A stretch of 64,000 bases of DNA from contig DASYPP010000060.1 in NCBI GenBank assembly GCA_036006525.1, positions 23,794-87,793 on the forward strand, read 5' to 3'. Origin of the DNA: Gemmatimonadales bacterium. Its GTDB lineage: Bacteria > Gemmatimonadota > Gemmatimonadetes > Gemmatimonadales > GWC2-71-9. The notes beneath the pieces were generated by a model, which did no database searches, had not been told where the DNA came from, and was given only the letters and a program-made list of their open reading frames with translations. The position numbers and the translations under genes were made by a program. Of this stretch, positions 28,507-36,374 are shown piece after piece. The first letter of the stretch is position 1. The number at the start of each line of letters is the position of its first letter.

Positions 28507-31297
28507 TGCCCTCTTGTTGGCCGCGTGCGCCTCGCACCCGGCGATCCAGCCCAACATCGACCCGGGTCCGCTGCCGCCGGCCAGTATTACATCCCCCCGC
28601 GACCAGCTCCCGGCCCAGCCATCATTTTCCGAGGACCCGGAGACCGCGTTCCGCCAGGGGAAGATGCCGCTCTTCTCCACCGGTATCCCGGAGTTTCTCC
28701 GCGCCCACCCGACTTACGACGGACGTGGCGTCCTCATCGCCATCCTCGACAGTGGAATAGATCCCGGCGTCCGGGGTCTCGACTCCACGACGACCGGCGA
28801 GCGGAAAATCGTGGACCTGCGGGATTTCTCCGGCGAGGGCCGAATCGCACTGTCCCGGGTCACGCCGCAAGGTGATTCGGTCCGAATCGGCGGCGTGATG
28901 GTCGGAGGCTTCGGTCGCGTGGTGCTCTTCAACGCCAGCGGTCCCTGGTACGGCGGCCTGTTCCGGGAGACCCCGCTGGGGCCGTCGGGCGGCGCCGATG
29001 TGGACGGTAACGGGCAAGTGGGCGACTCGCTGCCGGTGCTGGTCACCCGGGCCAGCGACGGCTGGATCCTCATCGTGGACCGGGACCGCGATGGCTCATT
29101 GGCCGGTGAGCGGCCGGTGCACGACTACCTCACCGGGCGCGAGATGTTTGGCTGGGCGCTCAAGCGCCGGGTGCCGCGGCTCGATCTCGTGGCCAACATC
29201 GGCGAGGTATCCGGCGAGCCGGTGCTGGATCTCCTGTTCGACACCAGCGGCCACGGCACCCACGTCGCGGGTATCGCGGCAGGGCACGATATCTACGGGG
29301 TGCCCGGCTTCAACGGCGTCGCGCCCGGAGCCCAGGTACTGGGTCTCAAGATCGCCAACGACGCACAGGGCGGGCTCTCCACGACCGGGAGCATGATCAA
29401 GGCACTCGATTATGCCATCCGCTTCGCCGCCGACCGCCAACTCCCCCTGGTTGCGAACTTGAGTTTCGGCGTGGGGAACGAAATCGAAGGCACTGCCCTG
29501 ATCGACCGGATGCTGGATTCCGTGCTCACCCTGCACCCCGAGCTGGTGGTCGCGATCAGCGCCGGCAACGACGGGCCGGGCCTCTCCACGCTTTCCTTCC
29601 CCGGCTCCGTCCGCCGGGCGCTGACCGTCGGCGCAATTCTGCCGGGTGATCCCCGCGAGCCGGCCGCGACCCGCGGCGAGCCGGTGGCCTACTTCAGCGC
29701 CCGGGGCGGCGAGCTGGCCAAGCCGGACATCATGACGCCAGGCACCGCCTATTCCACCGTGCCGCTGTGGAACCGGGGCTCGGAAACCAGCAGCGGCACC
29801 AGCATGGCCGCGCCGCACGCCGCGGGACTCGCCGCGTTGCTGGTTTCCGCGATGAAGCAGGAGAACCTGGGGCTCAGCGCGTGGAACATTCGCCAGGCGC
29901 TGATGGTCACCGCGCGACCCATCGCCGATGTGTCCTTCCTCGACCAGGGCGCGGGAATCCCCGACGTGAGCTCGGCCTATCACTGGCTGCTCGGCCGCCA
30001 CCGCGTGGCCGATATCGAAGTCAAAGTCATCGGCGACTCCGCCGGGGTGACCGCCGCATATCGGCCCGGCGGGCTACGCTCGTCCAGCGATACCATCCAG
30101 CGCTTCGAGCTGCTCCGGCCGGAGGGCTCTCCGGTCGAGACGTTCACTTTACGCAGCACGGCGTCCTGGCTCGTCGCTCCCGCCGCGGTCTCCCTGTCCG
30201 AAGCCCGCTCGACCGTGACGCTGCGTTATCGTCCCGAGGCCTTGCCGGCCAATACGATTGCCACGGCCGTGGTGACCGGCTGGCCGGCCGATACACTGGC
30301 CGGCCCCGCATTTCGACTGGTAAACACGGTAGGTCATCGGCCGGTTGCCACCTCGAGTTTCGCCGAAGCCCGGCCGACGGTCATTCCACCCGGCGCGCAG
30401 CGTCGCCTGCTGGTCTCGGCCGACAGTGGGCGGCCGTTCCAGGTCGCCGCCCGGATCGGTGGCAATCAGCCGATCCTGGTATTCGTGCACGAACCGGGCG
30501 GGCGGCCGCTTCGTGGTGCCGAGCCGCAGATCGCCGGAGTGGGCCAGGAGGAAGTGATGTTCCGCCTGGACGGGCGCGATGTCCTGGGCGGGCTCTACGA
30601 AGTGGTCGCGGTGGCCCCACCCAGCCAGAGCAGCTCCGCCCGGTTCGAGGTGAAGGGAGCCACGATCGCGTTCGACGCCACTCGCGCCAGCAACGGCGTC
30701 GTGGCCCGGATCCGGCAGCCAGAGCCGGCGGGAACTCCGGCCGCCCAGGTAAGCCTGGTCGGCGCCGAGCGAGACCTGGTGGTGAACGGATCCGGTTCCG
30801 ATACGGTGAGCGCGTCGTTCAATATTCCGCCCTGGGCCAGCCATCTCGAGGTGGATTTCAGCATGAGCCCGGCGCAGTGGTCCCTGTTCACCGACATGGG
30901 CATGACGCTGTTCGATTCCGCCGGGCACCAGGTCGACCACGCGCCGCTCGATTACTCCTTTGGCCGCCTGGCGGTGGACTTCGACGCGGGCCGGCAGGAC
31001 CAGGCGGTCGTGCTGCGACTCTTCCCCGGACTGGCGGAACCGGCGACCAACGCGCGGTGGAGCGGAGTGCTCCGGATTCGCCTCTATGCCGGAAACCAGG
31101 TGGCGCTGACCAGCGGGAGCGCCGCCGGCTCGTCGGTCCCCGCCGAGGAGGAGACGATCCTGTTCAACATGATCCCCTCTCCCTGGCCGCTCGGCCCGGA
31201 CTTCTATCCGCTCGGGCTCATGGCCGTGGAGCAGGATGGCGTCACCTGGACTCGTGAAGTGCCGTTGCCGGACCCCTCCAGTCCGCTGATGCGATGA
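28487..31297 (+). CDS. S8 family (subtilisin-like) serine peptidase, large lipoprotein
   Basis: Catalytic triad contexts ILDSGID, HGTHVAGIAAG and GTSMAAPHAAG. Lipobox LTALLLAA-C. Start uncertain (GTG 28487 or nearby TTG), because ORF-track start 28382 reads through repeat 28303..28506. Confidence 0.85.
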   Translation: MLLPGLTALLLAACASHPAIQPNIDPGPLPPASITSPRDQLPAQPSFSEDPETAFRQGKMPLFSTGIPEFLRAHPTYDGRGVLIAILDSGIDPGVRGLDSTTTGERKIVDLRDFSGEGRIALSRVTPQGDSVRIGGVMVGGFGRVVLFNASGPWYGGLFRETPLGPSGGADVDGNGQVGDSLPVLVTRASDGWILIVDRDRDGSLAGERPVHDYLTGREMFGWALKRRVPRLDLVANIGEVSGEPVLDLLFDTSGHGTHVAGIAAGHDIYGVPGFNGVAPGAQVLGLKIANDAQGGLSTTGSMIKALDYAIRFAADRQLPLVANLSFGVGNEIEGTALIDRMLDSVLTLHPELVVAISAGNDGPGLSTLSFPGSVRRALTVGAILPGDPREPAATRGEPVAYFSARGGELAKPDIMTPGTAYSTVPLWNRGSETSSGTSMAAPHAAGLAALLVSAMKQENLGLSAWNIRQALMVTARPIADVSFLDQGAGIPDVSSAYHWLLGRHRVADIEVKVIGDSAGVTAAYRPGGLRSSSDTIQRFELLRPEGSPVETFTLRSTASWLVAPAAVSLSEARSTVTLRYRPEALPANTIATAVVTGWPADTLAGPAFRLVNTVGHRPVATSSFAEARPTVIPPGAQRRLLVSADSGRPFQVAARIGGNQPILVFVHEPGGRPLRGAEPQIAGVGQEEVMFRLDGRDVLGGLYEVVAVAPPSQSSSARFEVKGATIAFDATRASNGVVARIRQPEPAGTPAAQVSLVGAERDLVVNGSGSDTVSASFNIPPWASHLEVDFSMSPAQWSLFTDMGMTLFDSAGHQVDHAPLDYSFGRLAVDFDAGRQDQAVVLRLFPGLAEPATNARWSGVLRIRLYAGNQVALTSGSAAGSSVPAEEETILFNMIPSPWPLGPDFYPLGLMAVEQDGVTWTREVPLPDPSSPLMR

Positions 31298-32664
31298 GCC
31301 GCACGATCCGGATCGGCGGAGGGCAGGGGTTCTGGGGCGACTGGCTGGAGGCCCCGGTTCGGCTGGTGCAGGGTGGGCCGCTCGACTACCTGGTGCTGGA
31401 CTACGTCGCCGAAGTCACCATGTCTATCATGCAGAAGCAGCGGGCCCGCGACATCAGCCAGGGCTACGCGCGGGATTTCGTCACCCTGATGGAGCGGCTG
31501 CTCCCGGACCTGGTCGCGAAGCGAATCCGGGTCGTTTCCAATGCGGGCGGAGTGAATCCCCGGGCCTGTGCCGCGGCAGTGCTCGACGCCGCCCGGAAGC
31601 TGGGCCTGGCGGGGAAGGTCAAGATCGGGCTGGTGACCGGCGACGACATCATGCACCGGCTGGACGACCTGATGGCCCGGGGGCAAACCTTTCAGAATCT
31701 CGACACCGGCAAGGCGCTCTCGACCGTGCGGCCCGACGTGCAGGCCGCCAGCGCCTACCTTGGCATGGCGCCGGTCGTGAAGGCGCTCGACCAGGGCGCC
31801 GACATCGTCATCAGCGGCCGCCTGGCCGATCCGGTCCTGGCGCTGGGGCCGATCTTCCACGAGTTCAAGTGGTCGGCCGACGATGTCGACAAGGTGGCGG
31901 CGGGCATCGTCGCCGGACACGTCATCGAGTGCGGGGCCCAGAGCAGCGGCGGGAACCTGATGGCCGACTGGCGCAAGGTGCGGGACCTGGCGAACGTCGG
32001 TTTTCCGATCGTCGAGGTTGCCGACAACGGCTCTTTCGTCGTCACCAAGCATCCGGGAACCGGCGGCGTCGTCAACCTGGCCAGCGTCACCGAGCAGCTG
32101 GTGTACGAGATCGGCGACCCCAAGCGCTACGTCAACGCCGACGGCGTGGCCGACTTCACCTCGATTCAGCTGACCCAGCGGGGGCGCGACCGGGTGCAGG
32201 TAAGCGGAATCCGGGGAGCCCCGAAGACTCCCTTCTACAAGGTGTCGATTGCCTATCACTATGGATACAAGGCGGTCGGCACCCTGGTCTATTCCTGGCC
32301 CGATGCCTACGACAAGGCGAGAGTAGCCGACCGGATCATCCGGGAGCGGCTCGGCGATCAGGGACTTCATTTTGAAAAGATTCACACCGAGTTCGTCGGC
32401 TATAACGCCACCCACGGACGGCTGGCGGGGCCGCCGGATCCCGAGTTGCCTGAGGTGCAGCTCCGGATCGGGGTGCGGGCCAGGGATCGAGAGCCGGTGG
32501 AGCGGTTCGCCCGCGAAGTGGCGCCGCTGGTCCTGACCGGCCCGCCCGGTGTCACCGGCTACGGGTCCAAGCCGGACGTAAAAGAGATCGTCGCCTTCTG
32601 GCCCGCGCTCATCCCCCGGGAGGAGATCGATCCCGGTGTGCGAGTGGAACTGCTGTCGGGGTAG
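31294..32664 (+). CDS. AtuA family protein (DUF1446, acyclic terpene utilisation-like)
   Basis: IRIGGGQGFWGD...LDYLVLDYVAEVTM...VVSNAGGVNP...VTGDD is typical of AtuA. ATGA overlap with the S8 gene stop. Confidence 0.8.
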   Translation: MSRTIRIGGGQGFWGDWLEAPVRLVQGGPLDYLVLDYVAEVTMSIMQKQRARDISQGYARDFVTLMERLLPDLVAKRIRVVSNAGGVNPRACAAAVLDAARKLGLAGKVKIGLVTGDDIMHRLDDLMARGQTFQNLDTGKALSTVRPDVQAASAYLGMAPVVKALDQGADIVISGRLADPVLALGPIFHEFKWSADDVDKVAAGIVAGHVIECGAQSSGGNLMADWRKVRDLANVGFPIVEVADNGSFVVTKHPGTGGVVNLASVTEQLVYEIGDPKRYVNADGVADFTSIQLTQRGRDRVQVSGIRGAPKTPFYKVSIAYHYGYKAVGTLVYSWPDAYDKARVADRIIRERLGDQGLHFEKIHTEFVGYNATHGRLAGPPDPELPEVQLRIGVRARDREPVERFAREVAPLVLTGPPGVTGYGSKPDVKEIVAFWPALIPREEIDPGVRVELLSG

Positions 32665-32675
32665 CACAACTGCCT

Positions 32676-32747
32676 GACGCAAAGGCGCCGAGGCGCAAAG
32701 AAAACACCTATATCTTATTGTTCTTGGCGTCTCCGCGCCTTCGCGTC
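32676..32747. repeat. hairpin with GCGCAAAG-type units
   Basis: gacgcaaaggcgccgaggcgcaaagaa - aacacctatatcttattg - ttcttggcgtctccgcgccttcgcgtc. Confidence 0.7.
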
Positions 32748-32781
32748 AATTGGTCTTTCACACCAAAATCCAAGAACCCAT

Positions 32782-33168
32782 TTGGCCAAGGCCCGCAAAT
32801 CCTCACCAGTCAGGTCCCGCAGTCAGCTGGTGCAGTTGCGCCAGGTGGCCCATGCGCGCTCCGGCGACAAGGGCGACACGGCCAACATCGGGCTCATCGC
32901 CAATGACCCGGCGCTGTTCCCTATCCTGGCTCGCGAGGTAACGGCCGCCAAGGTGGGCCGGCATTTCCGCGGTATGGCGGGGCGGGTGGAACGGTATGAG
33001 CTGCCCAATCTCCATGCGCTCAACTTCGTGCTGCACGAGGCGCTGGACGGGGGCGGAACGATCTCTCTCCGGACCGATGCCCAGGGCAAGGTGTATTCGA
33101 CGGCACTCCTGCGGATGGAAATTCGCGTCCCGGCCGACTTGGTCAAGAAGCTTAAGGTGAAAAGTTGA
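32782..33168 (+). CDS. small AtuA-associated protein
   Basis: VAHARSGDKGDTANIGLIA motif, in the usual position after an AtuA-type gene. Start uncertain (TTG 32782 or GTG 32830). Confidence 0.6.
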   Translation: MAKARKSSPVRSRSQLVQLRQVAHARSGDKGDTANIGLIANDPALFPILAREVTAAKVGRHFRGMAGRVERYELPNLHALNFVLHEALDGGGTISLRTDAQGKVYSTALLRMEIRVPADLVKKLKVKS

Positions 33169-33182
33169 GTTGGTAGTGATGG

Positions 33183-33394
33183 TGAGCCTTGCAACGGCTC
33201 CTCGCGGAGGACGCGGAGGTTACGCGGAAGACGCGGAGGTGGTCTTCCAGATCGGCTCAGACGACTTCTTGTGGGTTTGGATTTGACATTGTGCAGGTCA
33301 GACGCAGACTTGAATCGGCACCCACAACAAGTTGTTCTCCGCGGCCTTCGCGCGTACTCCGCGGTCTCCGCGAGGAGCTTTTGCAAGGCTTGAC
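33183..33394. repeat. long inverted-repeat element, CTCCTCGCG/CGCGGAG-unit arms (copy 4 of 4, best preserved)
   Basis: Left gtgagccttgcaacggctcctcgcggaggacgcggaggttacgcggaagacgcggag. Reverse complement of the right arm: gtcaagccttgcaaaagctcctcgcggagaccgcggagtacgcgcgaaggccgcggag (about 85% match over 57 nt). The core contains gacttcttgtgggtttggatttgacattgtg. Confidence 0.85.
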
Positions 33395-33427
33395 GACCGG
33401 CACCATTCCAGAGGAACCAACAACGCG

Positions 33428-34183
33428 ATGACACAGCTGCTTACTGCGCTCCAGGACGGCGTTCTCACCCTGACGCTGAACCGCCCCGACAAGCGGAACG
33501 CATTGAGTACGCCAATGCTCGAGGAGTTGGGACGGGCCCTGACGTCCGCCGACCTCGATTCCACCGTGCGGGTGGTCTCGATCCGCGGAGCGGGTAAGGA
33601 TTTCTGTGCCGGCGCCGATCTCGACGAGCTGCTGGCCTCGGCCGATCGCACTGCGGAGCAGAACGAAGCCTCCGCGCTCATCATGGGCAATGTCTTCATC
33701 CAGATGCGCCGGCTTGCCAAGCCGGTGGTGGCGGTGGTGCATGGGCGGGTGCTGGCCGGCGGGGCCGGTCTTGCGACCGGGTGCGATCTCATCCTGGCGC
33801 CGGAATCGGCCCAGTTCGGCTATCCGGAGATTCAGCGCGGTTTCGTTCCCGCGATCGTGATGACGATGCTGAAGCGGCTGGTGGGGGAGAAGGTGGCGTT
33901 CGATCTCGCGGCGACCGGACGGGTGCTGAGTGCCCCCGAAGCTGCGGGCGTCGGATTGATCTCCCGGGTGTTCGCCCAGGCCGAGTTCGAAAATGGCGTC
34001 GACCAGGTTCTCAAGGGGCTCGCCGCCGCCAGCGCAACCGCTCTGGCGCTCACCAAGAAACAGTTCTACCAGCTGGACAACACGAGTTTTGAGGACGGCA
34101 TCCGGATGGGTGCCCGGGTGAATGCGCTCTCCCGCGCGACGCCGGACTTCCGGACCGCGATTGCGGCCTTCCTCAAGCGATAG
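33428..34183 (+). CDS. enoyl-CoA hydratase/isomerase family protein
   Basis: [35 protein letters not shown]. Start ATG 33428, because ORF-track start 33332 translates repeat 33183..33394. Confidence 0.85.
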   Translation: MTQLLTALQDGVLTLTLNRPDKRNALSTPMLEELGRALTSADLDSTVRVVSIRGAGKDFCAGADLDELLASADRTAEQNEASALIMGNVFIQMRRLAKPVVAVVHGRVLAGGAGLATGCDLILAPESAQFGYPEIQRGFVPAIVMTMLKRLVGEKVAFDLAATGRVLSAPEAAGVGLISRVFAQAEFENGVDQVLKGLAAASATALALTKKQFYQLDNTSFEDGIRMGARVNALSRATPDFRTAIAAFLKR

Positions 34184-34200
34184 CGGCGCATCGCATCAGC

Positions 34201-34371
34201 GTGTCCTTCCTTCCTCGCCTCCGCCTGGTCCTCGCGCTGGCCGGGCTGGTCTTCGCCATCGCCGGTGTCGCCACCGACAGCCGCATCATCACCTGGGCGG
34301 CGATCGGCCTGCTCACGGTGTCCGTCGTGCTTCGGCTGGTTCTCAGGAAGCGTTCCGAGAACCAGGAATAG
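34201..34371 (+). CDS. possible small membrane protein (56 aa)
   Basis: A GTG-initiated ORF not in the track: VSFLPRLRLVLALAGLVFAIAGVATDSRIITWAAIGLLTVSVVLRLVLRKRSENQE. Two hydrophobic helices. No homology argument available. Confidence 0.3.
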   Translation: MSFLPRLRLVLALAGLVFAIAGVATDSRIITWAAIGLLTVSVVLRLVLRKRSENQE

Positions 34372-34374
34372 GTC

Positions 34375-34848
34375 TCAGTCCCCGCACTCCGCCGGCGCCC
34401 GCCGGGTATCCGCCAGTGCAATGATCTGCCACCCGTTGGTGGTCTTCGCCAACTGCATGGCGTCCACGCCGCAATGACTGAAACGCTCGCCGATGTAGAA
34501 CCGATACTTGACCCACACCGTCGCCAGGTTGTCCTCCAGCTCGACAACCGGGTCGCCGATTCGTTCATCCAGCAGCTGGCCGGGCTCCGCGGTCGCCACG
34601 ATGTGGATGAACGCCGGCACCGGGGTCACATCCATGTCGGGAGCCGCGCTGGTACCGAACGTGGTGACCAGTCGGGCGGCGGGGTCCAGGACCTGGGCGA
34701 GCCCCAAGGTATCCCTGGCCCGCATTCCGTCGAACAGCTTCTGAACCGCCGTCATGACTTCCGCCTTCCGGGTCGCCGAGTCCTGGGCGATGGCAGGGAT
34801 ACTCGAGCCCAGCAGGACAACGGCAAGCAGAGCCAACGTGCGTCGCAT
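34375..34848 (-). CDS. secreted NTF2-like (SnoaL/DUF4440-type) protein
   Basis: Signal peptide MRRTLALLAVVLLGSSIPAIAQ. Size and the pattern ...ATVWVKYRFY...HCGVDAMQLAKTTNGWQI fit a cone-shaped NTF2 fold. Start trimmed to ATG comp 34846..34848. Confidence 0.5.
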   Translation of the reverse strand: MRRTLALLAVVLLGSSIPAIAQDSATRKAEVMTAVQKLFDGMRARDTLGLAQVLDPAARLVTTFGTSAAPDMDVTPVPAFIHIVATAEPGQLLDERIGDPVVELEDNLATVWVKYRFYIGERFSHCGVDAMQLAKTTNGWQIIALADTRRAPAECGD

Positions 34849-34913
34849 TTCTTTGCTCCGGGTCGCGGTTTCGGGATGCCACATGCGGAACAGGGGAACA
34901 CTACCGTTGCCGC

Positions 34914-36335
34914 ATGGCTACGTCCATCGCCGAGCGGCTGGGTTCGGCCCGCCAGCTCCTTAGCCGGCATTTCGGGTATGCCGACTTCCGGCCGCTGCAA
35001 CGGCGGGTGATCCAGTCGGTCCTGGCCGGGCACGATACGCTCGCCGTTCTTCCCACCGGGGGAGGGAAGTCCATCTGCTTTCAGATCCCGGCCCTGGTAA
35101 AGGGTGGGCTCACGCTGGTCGTCTCGCCGCTGATTTCCCTGATGCAGGACCAGGTGGAAGCGCTGCGGCGCCGCGGGATCGGCGCCGCCGCCCTGAACAG
35201 CAGCCTGACTCCCCACGCGGTGCGGGAAATCTGGCAGCAACTGAAAGACGACAAACTCCGCCTGCTCTACGTTTCCCCGGAGCGGCTGGGCTCGATGGTG
35301 GCCGAGCTGCAAGCGCGGCAGATTCGGCCCGCACTGCTCGCGGTGGACGAGGCGCACTGCATCTCCGAATGGGGCCACGATTTCCGGCCCAGCTTCCGCC
35401 AGGTCAACCGTGCGGCGTACCTGCTCGGCACGCCACCGATCGTGGCATTGACCGGCAGCGCCACCCCTGCCGTGCGTGACGATATTGCTGCCTCGCTCCG
35501 GCTGAAGCAGCCCCGCATCATCCAGGGATCCTTCGATCGGCCCAACCTGTGGTTCGGAGTCACCCCCGTCGTCGACGAGCGGGCCCGCTTCTCCGCGCTC
35601 CTCGCCGCGTGCAATGCCCGGAACGGGACCGCCATCGTGTACGCGCCGACCCGGGGCCAGACCGAGATTCTGACGGTGGCGCTCCGGGAGCGGAGCGTGC
35701 GAGCCGCGCCCTATCACGCCGGCCTCGAGAGCTTCACCCGGGCGGCGACGCTGCGCGCGTTTCTCGATGGCGATCTCGACATCGTCGTGGCGACCAGCGC
35801 CTTCGGCATGGGGATCGACAAGCCGGACGTCCGGCTCGTGGTGCACTGGGCCATGCCTCCCACGATGGAGTCCTACTACCAGGAGGCGGGCCGGGCCGGT
35901 CGCGACGGCGGACCGGCGCGCTGCGTCCTGCTCTACGCGCGGGGCGATGCCAGCCTCGCCCGGCGCCAGCTGGAGACCACTTTTCCTGCACCGGCGCTGG
36001 TGGAGCGGATATGGAAGGGGCCGAAGCGTCCCCCCGGTATTTCGGAGGCCATCCTGGAGAGCGCGGCCCGGCTCCGGCGAGAGCTACGTCCGGACCAGGG
36101 ACCAGTGAACTGGTCGCCAGTCCGGTCCCGCAAGCGCCTCGCGCTGGAGCGGCTCAAGACCATGGAGAACTACGCCGGGCGGGGCCGCTGCCGGCGGGCG
36201 ACGATGCTCAGGTATTTTGCGGAGTCTGCAAAACAATGCAGCGGATGCGATCGCTGCGCCCCGCAGCCCATTGGGAATCTCCCGGGGATGAGGCGCACCT
36301 GGAGCCGGGGACTGCGCCGGCTGGCGGGGTTGTAA
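34914..36335 (+). CDS. recQ: RecQ-family ATP-dependent DNA helicase (short form)
   Basis: FGYADFRPLQ, LPTGGGKS, DEAHCISEWGHDFRP, YYQEAGRAGRDG, and a Zn-binding C-terminus CRRATMLRYF...CSGCDRC. No HRDC-length tail. Confidence 0.85.
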   Translation: MATSIAERLGSARQLLSRHFGYADFRPLQRRVIQSVLAGHDTLAVLPTGGGKSICFQIPALVKGGLTLVVSPLISLMQDQVEALRRRGIGAAALNSSLTPHAVREIWQQLKDDKLRLLYVSPERLGSMVAELQARQIRPALLAVDEAHCISEWGHDFRPSFRQVNRAAYLLGTPPIVALTGSATPAVRDDIAASLRLKQPRIIQGSFDRPNLWFGVTPVVDERARFSALLAACNARNGTAIVYAPTRGQTEILTVALRERSVRAAPYHAGLESFTRAATLRAFLDGDLDIVVATSAFGMGIDKPDVRLVVHWAMPPTMESYYQEAGRAGRDGGPARCVLLYARGDASLARRQLETTFPAPALVERIWKGPKRPPGISEAILESAARLRRELRPDQGPVNWSPVRSRKRLALERLKTMENYAGRGRCRRATMLRYFAESAKQCSGCDRCAPQPIGNLPGMRRTWSRGLRRLAGL

Positions 36336-36374
36336 CCTTGCGATTTGCCGTCCGGGCGCCCAAGCTATAGGCAC

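Noticed and set aside
28303-31297. S8 protease gene as a mobile island or horizontally acquired cassette
   Set aside because: No integrase, transposase, tRNA or flanking direct repeats. Composition looks like the neighbours by eye. Only the odd operon context is reported.
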